A stretch of 64,000 bases of DNA from an uncultured Dehalococcoidales bacterium (lineage in GTDB: Bacteria > Chloroflexota > Dehalococcoidia > Dehalococcoidales > E44-bin46): positions 3,670 through 67,669 of the forward strand of contig CAYHAL010000003.1 of NCBI GenBank assembly GCA_964354655.1, read 5' to 3'. Positions 53,673 through 62,650 of this stretch are shown in pieces. The translations under genes were made by a program, and so were the position numbers. How positions within the stretch are numbered: the first letter of the stretch is position 1; each line of letters starts with the position of its first letter. The notes under the pieces are model-generated. The model searched no databases. It worked only from the letters and a program-made list of their open reading frames with translations, and was not told the DNA's origin.

Positions 53673-53701
53673 TTGACAAATTCGCTGAGTCCATATAGTA
53701 T
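53673..53701 (+). promoter_or_regulatory. Candidate sigma70-type promoter in the divergent ligase / U32-like intergenic region
   Basis: TTGACA (53673-53678), 17-nt spacer, TAGTAT (53696-53701). Confidence 0.35.
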
Positions 53702-53926
53702 ATCACAAGGCTTAGTGTTAAGCATAAGTAATCTTTGAGTTCCAGCCGGTACCAGCCTCAAAGTTGATATATTTTTGTTGGGTAATTAAAGGCTACATGC
53801 GAGCTACAGCACTATATCTTGGTCGAGCTTAAGCAGTAGCTATAACTATATAAAAAGAATTCTAGGGCTCGACTAATCGGTGTACCGCTTCGGTATATTG
53901 AGGTCTAGCCAGAAAGTGAAATAAAT

Positions 53927-55063
53927 ATGCATTTATTAGTGCCCGCGAACTGGGATAGGGAACTTATATCTCCTCTAAGCCAGATTAAGGCAGATATCGA
54001 AGTATATGGCGTTTTACCCATCTCCATGATGGGTAGCGGAGGCTCAGGGCCGAATATCCCCCAGATGACACCAGAGCAGGCGGAGGAATACATCAACATG
54101 GTTCATTCCGCAGGCTTAACCTTTAATTACCTTCTTAATGCTCCATGCATGAATAACATGGAGTGGCAGGAGGATACTAATCGGGAATTAGTCCAACATC
54201 TGGAGTGGCTCAGCAATGCCAAGGTGGACAGCGTCATTGTGGCTATCCCATACTTGCTAGAGCTTATAAAGACTCAGTTTCCTCATCTTAGAGTAGAGGT
54301 ATCAACCATAGCTCACGTAGAGAGCGTAGCCCGGGCTAAGTTTTTTGAATCTCTGGGAGCTGACTCCATTAACCTGCACTCCAACATAAACCGGGATTTC
54401 AAACTACTCAAGGCTATTAGAAGTGCGGTAAACTGTGAGCTCGGTGTACTGACAAACACCAGCTGTCTCTATCAGTGCCCTTACGAGTACTATCACAACA
54501 ATACCCTGGGGCATGCTAGTCAAAGCTACAACCCGCTTAATGGCTTCTATATGGACTACTGTGTACTTCACTGTGCTTTGAGCAGTATCAGTGATACCTC
54601 TCAATTTATTAAATCTCGTTGGATAAGACCTGAAGACATACATATTTATCAAGAAATGGGCATTGATTTCTTCAAAATCGGCGGTAGAGCAATGCCTACG
54701 AAGTGGATTATAAATGTTGCTACGGCATATTCCTCACTTCGTTACCAAGGAAACCTGCATGATATTTTAAACAACTTTAGCCCGAAGACCAGTAACGCAA
54801 AATCAAATCTATCCAGCACACAAATCACTACAATGGCTTCGCCGCCCAGTGTTTATTTTGACAACCAGGCTCTGGAAGGTTTTATCGATTTCTTTAAGAC
54901 AAAGGATTGCCTATCTGGGTGCAGTAATTGCCATTACTGCCAAGAGGTAGCTGATAAGGTGGTCAAGTTCGACCGCCATGAGATAGATAAATACATGTCT
55001 GCGCTCAAAAAGTTCCTAGATGACCTCGTCAGTAGCAGGATATTCCACCCGGTCTCAGCATAA
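53927..55063 (+). CDS. U32-peptidase-family-like protein (function unknown)
   Basis: 378 aa. The N-terminal half (LLVPANWD..., DSVIVAIPYLLELIK, LRVEVSTIAH, INLHSNINRDFKLLKAI) resembles the U32 TIM-barrel region as I remember it. The canonical ExFxHGAxCxxxSGxC motif was not seen. Confidence 0.35.
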   Translation: MHLLVPANWDRELISPLSQIKADIEVYGVLPISMMGSGGSGPNIPQMTPEQAEEYINMVHSAGLTFNYLLNAPCMNNMEWQEDTNRELVQHLEWLSNAKVDSVIVAIPYLLELIKTQFPHLRVEVSTIAHVESVARAKFFESLGADSINLHSNINRDFKLLKAIRSAVNCELGVLTNTSCLYQCPYEYYHNNTLGHASQSYNPLNGFYMDYCVLHCALSSISDTSQFIKSRWIRPEDIHIYQEMGIDFFKIGGRAMPTKWIINVATAYSSLRYQGNLHDILNNFSPKTSNAKSNLSSTQITTMASPPSVYFDNQALEGFIDFFKTKDCLSGCSNCHYCQEVADKVVKFDRHEIDKYMSALKKFLDDLVSSRIFHPVSA

Positions 55064-55138
55064 TTGAACATTAGCTTGAATCCTTACCTCATTGCACGAT
55101 TTAATCTTTTGTTATATGTGATAACCTAGCTAGATAAT

Positions 55139-55166
55139 CCTCCCTCCCCCACTGGGAGGCATTTTT
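55139..55166 (+). terminator. Rho-independent terminator after the U32-like gene
   Basis: CCTCCC (55139-55144) pairs with GGGAGG (55154-55159), followed by CATTTTT. Confidence 0.45.
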
Positions 55167-55171
55167 CAGGT

Positions 55172-55203
55172 AAAAGAAAAAGCCCCGCCATGAAAGCGGG
55201 GCT
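55172..55203 (-). terminator. Rho-independent terminator on the minus strand (downstream of the tRNA pair / integrase relic)
   Basis: AGCCCCGC (55181-55188) pairs with GCGGGGCT (55196-55203). On the minus strand the stem is followed by TTTTCTTTT. Confidence 0.45.
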
Positions 55204-55272
55204 GCTAATGAGAGGGGTAGCGACAAAGAAACAGTTTGAATCGGACGTTATGCCGGTCTTGTCCTGCGACTT

Positions 55273-55620
55273 TTGTTAGACAAGCTTTTAACCGACAACG
55301 ATTTTGTATTTGCCCATCCTGATGGCACTCCTTTAGATCCAAGTAGTATTACTCATGTGTTTATCAAAGTGATCCGTGAAGCCGGGTTAAAGTTGAGGTT
55401 GCACGATTTGCGGCACAGCTATGCCTCCATCATGCTGGCGGCAGGGGTAAATGTGAAGGCAATCAGTGAGAGCTTGGGGCATGCAAACATCGGGATTACG
55501 CTTGATATTTATAGCCATCTTTTGCCTGGTGTGGGTAGGACAGCGGCTGAACGCTTTGATAAACTCCTTAAGCCCTGGCTGGGTGACATAGATGTCGGCA
55601 AAATGTCGGCAAAGGGCGAC
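55273..55620 (+). pseudogene. Truncated tyrosine recombinase (phage-type integrase), C-terminal catalytic part only
   Basis: Only about 110 aa of the catalytic domain remain: LHDLRHSYAS (HxxR) and LGHANIGITLDIYSH (catalytic Tyr). No N-terminal domains are present. The ORF reads on into the tRNA-Arg gene without its own stop. Confidence 0.7.
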
Positions 55621-55630
55621 GATTTAGGTG

Positions 55631-55703
55631 CGCGCCTAGAGGGATTCGAACCCACGACCCTCGGTTCCGAAGACCGATGCTCTATCCGCTGAGCTATAGG
55701 CGC
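55631..55703 (-). tRNA. tRNA-Arg (anticodon UCG)
   Basis: The minus-strand sequence is GCGCCTA-TA-GCTC-AGCGGATA-GAGC-A-TCGGT-CTTCGGA-ACCGA-GGGTC-GTGGG-TTCGAAT-CCCTC-TAGGCGC-G. It forms a cloverleaf by hand folding, with one U:U pair in the T stem. CCA is not encoded. Confidence 0.85.
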
Positions 55704-55711
55704 TAGATTAT

Positions 55712-55789
55712 TGGGGTGGGTGGAGGGATTCGAACCCACGCTCTCCAGGGCCACAACCTGGCGCCTTAAACCACTAGGCGACACCCACC
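55712..55789 (-). tRNA. tRNA-His (anticodon GUG) with G-1 and encoded CCA
   Basis: The minus-strand sequence is G-GTGGGTG-TC-GCCT-AGTGGTTTA-AGGC-G-CCAGG-TTGTGGC-CCTGG-AGAGC-GTGGG-TTCGAAT-CCCTC-CACCCAC-C-CCA. The extra 5' G pairs with C73. Confidence 0.85.
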
Positions 55790-55869
55790 ACAAAGTATAA
55801 ACATTATAGCTAAAAAACCTTATCCTGGCAATGTGTTGGGGGTTGTTTGTTAACCTATTACCAGACCAG

Positions 55870-56160
55870 TCACAACCTTCGAACTAGCTCTACCACAGTA
55901 ACCCCGGCTCCTCCCTCCCCATATTCACCAGCTCGGAATGATTTGACTAGAGGGTGTTTGGCAAGCTGTTCCCTGATTACTTGGCGTAGAGTGCCCGTCC
56001 CCTTACCATGGATTACCCTTACTTGGTATAAACCAGCCATAAAGGCATCGTTTAGATATTTATCTAATTTGGGCAGGGCTTCATCCACCGTCAGCCGACG
56101 AAGGTGTATCTCGCCTATTATCGGTGTTACATTGCCCCCAGATGTGCTCTTGTTTGCCAT
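55870..56160 (-). CDS. Smr-domain protein
   Basis: 96 aa with LHGLTVDEA-like LRRLTVDEAL and VIHGKGTGTLR (the Smr signature). Confidence 0.75.
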   Translation of the reverse strand: MANKSTSGGNVTPIIGEIHLRRLTVDEALPKLDKYLNDAFMAGLYQVRVIHGKGTGTLRQVIREQLAKHPLVKSFRAGEYGEGGAGVTVVELVRRL

Positions 56161-56246
56161 GGCTTATACCCTCTGGCTGATTTCAAAATCAGGCCCATAC
56201 CCCGCCAAAACTTCCTGAGTTTCGGCAGATGATAGAGGTTGAGCAT

Positions 56247-56927
56247 TTAACTGATAGAGATCAAGCCCTGCTTTATAGCCAGAACCACCGCCTCAGTGCG
56301 AGCATTGGCATTCAGTTTACGCAAGATGGAAGTAACGTGATTCTTAATAGTTTGCTCGCTAATGCCAAGTTTAACTGCAATCTGCTTATTAAGGTAGCCC
56401 TGAGCCATGTAATTGAGGATTTCTGTCTCCCTTAGGGTTAGCGGAGAGATGAAGGCTTCGGCTTCGTATCGCTGAGACAGCTCATGAAACTGTTGTAACA
56501 CTTGTTCAGCTACTTTTGGTCGGGTAACCAGGCCTTCATTAATAGGGTGCTCGCCACAAGCCACACGCCTGATGGTATCGACTAGCTGGTCAGCAGTAAT
56601 TTCCTTCTCCAAGTAGGCTGCAGCTTGGGCTTTGAGTGCCAGAAAGAGTTGGGCATCACTGGCGTTGGAAGTAAGCACAATTACGCCGATGCTGGGCGAG
56701 TGTTGTTTTATCTTGCGCGCCAAGGCTAAGCCGTTGTCAGTAGGACCATCAATATCCACTAGGGCTACGTCAGGCGGTAGGTTGCCTATGGTTGATAGCA
56801 CTCCGCTATCGAGCTCAGCAGCACCTGAAATTTCTATATCTTCCACAGAGGAGAGTGAATGCTCTATTCCCTGCCGAAGCAAGAATTGCTGACTAAGTAT
56901 AAAGACCTGTATTTTATTTTTCTTCAA
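56247..56927 (-). CDS. Response regulator, LuxR family (REC + HTH_LuxR)
   Basis: 226 aa with a REC acidic pocket (DVALVDID) and the C-terminal HTH LTLRETEILNYMAQGYLNKQIAVKLGISEQTIKNH. It overlaps the upstream sensor gene by 14 nt. Confidence 0.8.
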   Translation of the reverse strand: MKKNKIQVFILSQQFLLRQGIEHSLSSVEDIEISGAAELDSGVLSTIGNLPPDVALVDIDGPTDNGLALARKIKQHSPSIGVIVLTSNASDAQLFLALKAQAAAYLEKEITADQLVDTIRRVACGEHPINEGLVTRPKVAEQVLQQFHELSQRYEAEAFISPLTLRETEILNYMAQGYLNKQIAVKLGISEQTIKNHVTSILRKLNANARTEAVVLAIKQGLISIS

Positions 56928-59900
56928 AGGGGTTCACCTCCTCATATTCTGCCTTGCGATAAGGAGGGGTAGTAATTTTTGCCAGATGCAGAAAAACCTC
57001 AACTAGGTCAGGGTCAAATTGCGTGCCAGCACCCCGTTTTATTTCCTCCCGTGCTTGCTCGTAGGATAAGGTATCAGAGTATCGTCGTTCGGAAGTCATA
57101 GCGGCGAAGGCATCAGCTATAGCCAAAATTCGGGCTTCTAGTGGAATATCTTTGCCCTTCAGCCCTTTGGGATAGCCACTCCCATCGTACTTCTCATGGT
57201 GGTGCAGGATACCAGGGACACAAGGGGCTAACTCACGAACACGCCTAACAATAGTTGCTCCCAGTTGAGGATGATTCTTGATCGCTTCCCATTCCTCATC
57301 GGTCAGCTTGCCCGGCTTATTAAGTATCCCGTCAGTGATGCCAATCTTGCCAATATCATGCAGCAAGGCACAGGTACTCAGCCGAGTTATTTCCAGCGGC
57401 TCCAGATTAAGAGCTTCAGCTAGAGCCACAGCATACTGATTAACCTTCCCGGAGTGGCTACGAGTATAGTGATCCCTAGCATCTACAGTAGCTGCCAGGG
57501 CATAGATGGTGCTTAAGGCTTCGCTGCCTCCATTACTGCCAAAACCAACCATGGCTTCATCTAGAGTAAGCAAAGTCCCAGAGGCACGATAACTCCGATT
57601 ACCGCCGCTGCGTTTAGCCTCATAAAGCGCAGCGTCAGCAGCAGCGATAATCTCATTCGGTCCTATACCATCAGCCGGCCAACTAGCCAAACCGAAACTG
57701 GCGGTGATTGGGATATAGCCTGCTTTCACTTCCAAAGCGATGCATTGGCGGACTCGTTCCGCTACTTGGTAGGCAGCATCAATAGTCGTCTGGGGCAAAA
57801 GAATAGCAAACTCATCCCCGCCATAGCGAAACGGCTGGTCAGCATTCCTTATCGCCCCTTTTATAATACCACCGATTTGCCTCAGCATTTTATCACCGGC
57901 TAAATGCCCATAGTTATCGTTATAGACCTTAAACGTGTCAAGGTCAAGGATGATTATTGAGAATATGCCGCCATAGCGAGAGTGCCGCCCAATTTCACTG
58001 GCAACAAGTTCATCTAGAGAACGGCGGTTTAGTAATCCGGTAAGTTCATCAATGCGCGCCCTATGCTCTGCTTCAGCATAAAGCCGAGAATTTTCGACAG
58101 ATGCCGTAATCCGCGAAGCCAGCTCCTCAAGAAGTTCTATGTGCCTTTTGCGGTACGCATTGGGGTGACAGCTAGCCACAATTAGACTGCCAATAGCTTC
58201 ATCACGCGCTATTAACGGAAAGTAAGCAATCGAGCGCACCCCCTGCCCAAGATGGTATTTCCCAGTAACAAACTTGCATTCCTGGGCTAGGTCAGACTCA
58301 ATCATGGGCTTCTTGTGGCTGACTACCCATTCTGTAGCTGTACCCTTGATTGGTATTCGCTCCCCCGCCTGCCAGGCTGAACCAATATCAGAGGATAGCG
58401 CCAGAAAGCAAAGCTCGTTCTCTTCAATCAGAACAATCGCCGCCCAACTAACATCGACCGCTTTCTTTAGCTCGGTTATAAAGCTATCGTACGTTCTCTG
58501 AATATCCAGACTGGAGGTGATAATGGCGCTTGAGCGATTGATTATTGATAGCTCCTCTTGACGCTCTCTGAGTTGCTCACGAAGGTATTCCTTCTCCATA
58601 CTTACCGCTACCTGCTTGGCAACATCCTCAAGAAGACGCAAATCTCCGAGTAAGTATCTTCCTAATTGCTTTTTGTCCAGCACCAGAATGCCTATTAACC
58701 TATCACGGCTTACCAACGGGATAAATAACTCTATGCCCATTGACTCAATTTCCTTCTTTTCTGACCCCCATAGACTGAGAAATTCGGGTAGAATAGCTAA
58801 ATTCTGTCTAGTCAATGGCTTACGTTCCCGTCTCAGATACTCCGCAATGGGATTGGCTTTTTGCAATTGCAGATTAGATAAGGGATTGTCTTCCGAGTTA
58901 GGCTCAACAAACTGGGCAGTGAAATCTCCATTGCCAGCCTCAGGGAACAGCAGGCATGCCTTACTACAGCCCATGGCTTTAGTGGCCAGCGTTAGCAGCT
59001 CTCCACCCTGTTCTCTAAAGCTGAAAACATTATGGATTCTGCTGGCAAAATTAGACAATTCCTGGCGGTAATCGTAGCTTCGCCCATAAAAAAATTTACT
59101 TAACTTCTCAAAGAGACGCCTGGCAAAGAGAAAGCCGCGCAGGTTATAGATAAATATGGCAACCAAAACAGCAAGCGTAGTAGCTATGAAGGTGGCGGTA
59201 AAATCAATCTCAAAGTGGAGCAAAGTATGAAGGGCAACCAGCAAAAGCCAGTAGCTAGCAGCACCAATAGTCCCCAGGGTTGCCCATACCAGCGTTCGCC
59301 GTAAAACAGACCTGATATCAAGCAACTGATGCTGAATAATGGCATAACTCAGAACGAAGGCACAAATTAGGTTACCAAAATGGCTTACCGGGTATTCTTT
59401 CCACGGGAGGAAGACGCCAGCGAAGGTAAAAACAGCCAAAACAAAGATACTAAGCAGCAGGGAAATGATTTGATTGTGCAATACCGGGTTATCTAAAATC
59501 CTCAGTCTCCTCCAGAAGACATAAACAGTCCTAACCAGCAAGGTCAGGAGGGGAATGGCTATGAACACCCATCCTTCACCATATACAGGATAAAGCTTGT
59601 CACCATTAACAATAACATCTTTGGGAACATAACCCAGCACTACTAGAGCGATGACAAATGCCAGTGAACCATAAGCAGCCGGTAGCCAGCGCCCCCTACC
59701 TGGCGGGTAGAAGGCAGAAGCAAAGCAATAGAATTGCACTATCACCAAGGTGAATACAATGACAATGATTTGAAATAAAAGGAAATTATGCTGCGGGAAG
59801 AAGTTGCTACGGAAGAGGAAATCAACAAGACTCCACATCATAGCAACACTTAGGAACACGGTGAAGAGCCTGTGCTCCACCCGCCACGGACGGCTCCTAG

Positions 59901-59991
59901 TAGTGGTGATGAATAGCGGGATATAAGCAATGGTAGCAATTAAAGGAAATAGAGCATAAATACTTATATGAGGAATGTTCATACGAGGCAA
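56914..59991 (-). CDS. Membrane sensor with 7TM-like N-domain, two GAF domains, GGDEF diguanylate cyclase and HD-GYP phosphodiesterase domains
   Basis: 1025 aa with about 8 N-terminal hydrophobic helices. An intact GGDEF is present (FRYGGDEFAILL). The HD-GYP region reads ALLHDIGK...HHEKYDGSGYPKGL. Confidence 0.85.
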   Translation of the reverse strand: MPRMNIPHISIYALFPLIATIAYIPLFITTTRSRPWRVEHRLFTVFLSVAMMWSLVDFLFRSNFFPQHNFLLFQIIVIVFTLVIVQFYCFASAFYPPGRGRWLPAAYGSLAFVIALVVLGYVPKDVIVNGDKLYPVYGEGWVFIAIPLLTLLVRTVYVFWRRLRILDNPVLHNQIISLLLSIFVLAVFTFAGVFLPWKEYPVSHFGNLICAFVLSYAIIQHQLLDIRSVLRRTLVWATLGTIGAASYWLLLVALHTLLHFEIDFTATFIATTLAVLVAIFIYNLRGFLFARRLFEKLSKFFYGRSYDYRQELSNFASRIHNVFSFREQGGELLTLATKAMGCSKACLLFPEAGNGDFTAQFVEPNSEDNPLSNLQLQKANPIAEYLRRERKPLTRQNLAILPEFLSLWGSEKKEIESMGIELFIPLVSRDRLIGILVLDKKQLGRYLLGDLRLLEDVAKQVAVSMEKEYLREQLRERQEELSIINRSSAIITSSLDIQRTYDSFITELKKAVDVSWAAIVLIEENELCFLALSSDIGSAWQAGERIPIKGTATEWVVSHKKPMIESDLAQECKFVTGKYHLGQGVRSIAYFPLIARDEAIGSLIVASCHPNAYRKRHIELLEELASRITASVENSRLYAEAEHRARIDELTGLLNRRSLDELVASEIGRHSRYGGIFSIIILDLDTFKVYNDNYGHLAGDKMLRQIGGIIKGAIRNADQPFRYGGDEFAILLPQTTIDAAYQVAERVRQCIALEVKAGYIPITASFGLASWPADGIGPNEIIAAADAALYEAKRSGGNRSYRASGTLLTLDEAMVGFGSNGGSEALSTIYALAATVDARDHYTRSHSGKVNQYAVALAEALNLEPLEITRLSTCALLHDIGKIGITDGILNKPGKLTDEEWEAIKNHPQLGATIVRRVRELAPCVPGILHHHEKYDGSGYPKGLKGKDIPLEARILAIADAFAAMTSERRYSDTLSYEQAREEIKRGAGTQFDPDLVEVFLHLAKITTPPYRKAEYEEVNPFEEK

Positions 59992-60062
59992 TTATTACCT
60001 CAAATAGGAAGGCTGTCAAGTGAAACTAAAGTAGGTAACCTAAAGTACGGCAGACTAAAGTA

Positions 60063-61721
60063 CTAGTGGATAGCTGCGGCTTCAGCCGCTACCTTAACCT
60101 CCGGTACAGCTTCTGGCTTAGCTAGCAGGAGCGAAAGCACTTTGTCTGAGGGATTAATATGGGATGGTTTCAGGTGAGCTAAGTCAGCGCCTTCGGCTTG
60201 CCTTTGAGAGGTGTAATTAGCAAAAGCACCACAAGGCAGCAAATTAGCCTCTACCCTAAAATTAATCATGTCAGTTAAATCATCGTGAACCGCTGATGCG
60301 GTATAACTATCATTATCTGAGTTTAGAATCTGTCCACACACCGCTGCGGCTATATCCGTCTCACTGGCTTGGTATCCATCTTTAAGCTCAACAAAGAGCT
60401 GCAACACTGGCTCTCCGACTTTCTTACGGGCTGTCCAATCCTTATAAGCGATGCCAGCATTCTCTATTGCCTGCCAGATTGACTTTTCCGACAGCCGAAG
60501 GGTGACAAAATCGAGAAGGTCATCAGCCCGCCTCTCAAAAACCATTTGCGGGATACTAATGCCCAGCTTCTCATTCCGTAGCGAGGTTATCTTGACCATA
60601 TCGCCAATCCTATACCTGACCATAGCCCCGCCATGAAAGTTGGTGAGAACTACCTCATAATTCTTCCCAGCCTCAACCTCATCAAGTAAAACTGTCTTTG
60701 GCTGGTAACTATGGTCTAACTGCCATTTCCAATGTTCCGCTTCAGGTATAAACTCCAGGAAGTTAAGGCTAGGGACGAAGGTCATGCCATCATAGTCCCA
60801 GGTCTGGGTAGCGATGACGCCGCCTTCAGTACTGGAATAGATATCCAAAGGACACTTCCCCCAAAGCTCGTTTATTCTATCTTTGTAAACCATGCTATCA
60901 AGGCCACTGCTTATAATTCCCTTTACCGACCACAGGTCTTTAGGTAACAGATGGCGCCTAGCTAATTTGCTCTTAACCAGCCCCTTAGTCAAACGAAGTA
61001 GTGCTTTAGGCTGGGAGAGGAAGGGACGAATATCTACCTTATTTGAGGACTGGCTAAACTTGTCCCCAACGGCAGCTAGAACCAGAGACAGACCAAAAAA
61101 GTAATCGAGCCCTTGGGATAGAGCTTGCTGAAAACCAAGTTTAACCCTTTCCTCAAAAGGCAGGCCTTCGGCTTCGTCCAAGGGCGGTAAATAATCTGCG
61201 GTGACTTGTTCCTGCAACAAACTGGCAAGGGCACCTGAAATGTAGGGTCTGGGGGCTACGGTATAGACAATCTTGGGGTGGTCGTGGAGCGCAGAGATAT
61301 CACCCCACCCTTTACAACCGGAGAATATTGCCAGACCACACATTACTTCGGTCAATACGTGAGCATACTCTGGGGTTATCGGCACCCACTTACAGGGGTA
61401 TTCGCCAGACCTGCCCGAAGTGTGCACCCACAAGGCGGGCTTCCTCGGTAATATGTCCTCTCTCTTCTCTGCCAGCTCAGGGCAATAATCAGCATAGGTG
61501 GTTAACGGCACCTGCTGCCTAAACTGTTCTATGGTCTCCGGCCGCGCCCCACGCATAATCTTATTGCCGAAGGTACAGTGGTTCAATAGTTCTATCTGTT
61601 CCAACAGCAGCCGTTCCTGGATAGACATGAATTGCTCAGTATTAAGGCTGATGAAGCCACAACCCAACTGCCATAGCTCTTCATTCCTGCCCTGCTGCAA
61701 AAGCTCAATCGCTGTTGGCAT
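60063..61721 (-). CDS. GH3-family (acyl-acid amido synthetase-like) adenylating enzyme
   Basis: 552 aa with an HTSGRSGEYPCKWVP P-loop-like motif and YSSTEGG. The length and layout resemble bacterial GH3 (PF03321) proteins as recalled from memory. Confidence 0.5.
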   Translation of the reverse strand: MPTAIELLQQGRNEELWQLGCGFISLNTEQFMSIQERLLLEQIELLNHCTFGNKIMRGARPETIEQFRQQVPLTTYADYCPELAEKREDILPRKPALWVHTSGRSGEYPCKWVPITPEYAHVLTEVMCGLAIFSGCKGWGDISALHDHPKIVYTVAPRPYISGALASLLQEQVTADYLPPLDEAEGLPFEERVKLGFQQALSQGLDYFFGLSLVLAAVGDKFSQSSNKVDIRPFLSQPKALLRLTKGLVKSKLARRHLLPKDLWSVKGIISSGLDSMVYKDRINELWGKCPLDIYSSTEGGVIATQTWDYDGMTFVPSLNFLEFIPEAEHWKWQLDHSYQPKTVLLDEVEAGKNYEVVLTNFHGGAMVRYRIGDMVKITSLRNEKLGISIPQMVFERRADDLLDFVTLRLSEKSIWQAIENAGIAYKDWTARKKVGEPVLQLFVELKDGYQASETDIAAAVCGQILNSDNDSYTASAVHDDLTDMINFRVEANLLPCGAFANYTSQRQAEGADLAHLKPSHINPSDKVLSLLLAKPEAVPEVKVAAEAAAIH

Positions 61722-61858
61722 ATATCACCCCAAACTAACCTTTGTGGAAATACTATGGCAGGCATAGGTTAGCCTGGGAAGTGATTGTGTTCTAGAAGAT
61801 AGTTCTATTTAATAATTGGGGCTTAAAAGAGGGGAATGGTGGGGTGCTAAGAGGGCAC

Positions 61859-62173
61859 TTAGCGTTTCTTGGCTTTGCTATCCAGAGCTTGTAGCTTCTG
61901 GCTCAGTTCCTCAAAAGCCTTGTCTTTAGGTTGCTTGCCTAGCTCCAGTCCATAGCTGAGAAAGAATTCGAGGAAATTGCGTAGCAGTTCCCTTATTCCC
62001 TGGGCAAATTGGTAGAATTCTTCCTTATCTACATAGTTTTCACGCCCGGTATCTTCTTTCAACGGGCTATCAATAAGAAAGTTGAGAAATTCGGAGCGGC
62101 TCATGTCACCACGATTTTCATCTATTTTCCTGACCAGTTCGGCATCAACGATTAACATCCTTTTATCTGCCAT
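61859..62173 (-). CDS. Hypothetical small protein (possible ribbon-helix-helix N-terminus)
   Basis: 104-aa ORF. The N-terminus MADKRMLIVDAELVRKIDENRGDMSRSEFLNFLI has a beta-alpha-alpha pattern. There is no further support. Confidence 0.3.
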   Translation of the reverse strand: MADKRMLIVDAELVRKIDENRGDMSRSEFLNFLIDSPLKEDTGRENYVDKEEFYQFAQGIRELLRNFLEFFLSYGLELGKQPKDKAFEELSQKLQALDSKAKKR

Positions 62174-62268
62174 GCCACTCCCTTCGGTAATTCCTGATTC
62201 AAAATAAAGAATAACCTGAAGACTATATTGCCCTCAGGTTACTCTTCACACTAGCCGTCCATAAACGG

Positions 62269-62547
62269 TCAAAATTCGTCATCATTTAGACCGAGCATTT
62301 CTATTACGCTATTTATACTGTTGAGTAACCTTAGACCACTCTCTGTCACCCGATAGGTCACCGATGGATTACCTACCTCCGGCTTGTTAATAAAGCCTTG
62401 ACTAATTAAGTAACCAAGATACTTCTGTATCTGACTATAGCTAAGATTGGCGTTGTACATTATCTTAGTCTTGCCAGCGCCGTTTTCGCCTACCTTCAGC
62501 ATCTCGGCGATTATCTCAATGTTGGAACGCCGCTGATTTACTTTCAT
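62269..62547 (-). CDS. Small winged-helix DNA-binding protein
   Basis: 92 aa. RSNIEIIAEML...GKTKIMYNANLSYSQIQKYLGYLISQGFI resembles archaeal-type wHTH regulators. Confidence 0.45.
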   Translation of the reverse strand: MKVNQRRSNIEIIAEMLKVGENGAGKTKIMYNANLSYSQIQKYLGYLISQGFINKPEVGNPSVTYRVTESGLRLLNSINSVIEMLGLNDDEF

Positions 62548-62650
62548 TGGCTAAACTCACCCCCATATTATCTAGGACTATAGTACTATCTATTAGACAA
62601 GTTGTCAATAGGTAGCCAACATTTTACACAAAAAAGGCACAGCTAGAAGA

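Larger units (their letters stand above)
48914..55703. mobile_element. Decayed tRNA-Arg-associated genomic island (~6.7 kb) bounded by direct repeats, with a truncated integrase
   Basis: A direct repeat made of an integrase 3' end plus a tRNA-Arg 3' half lies at 48841-48956 and 55547-55673. A truncated integrase sits next to the intact tRNA. The cargo includes gene fragments and about 0.5 kb of non-coding debris (48957-49382). Confidence 0.55.
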
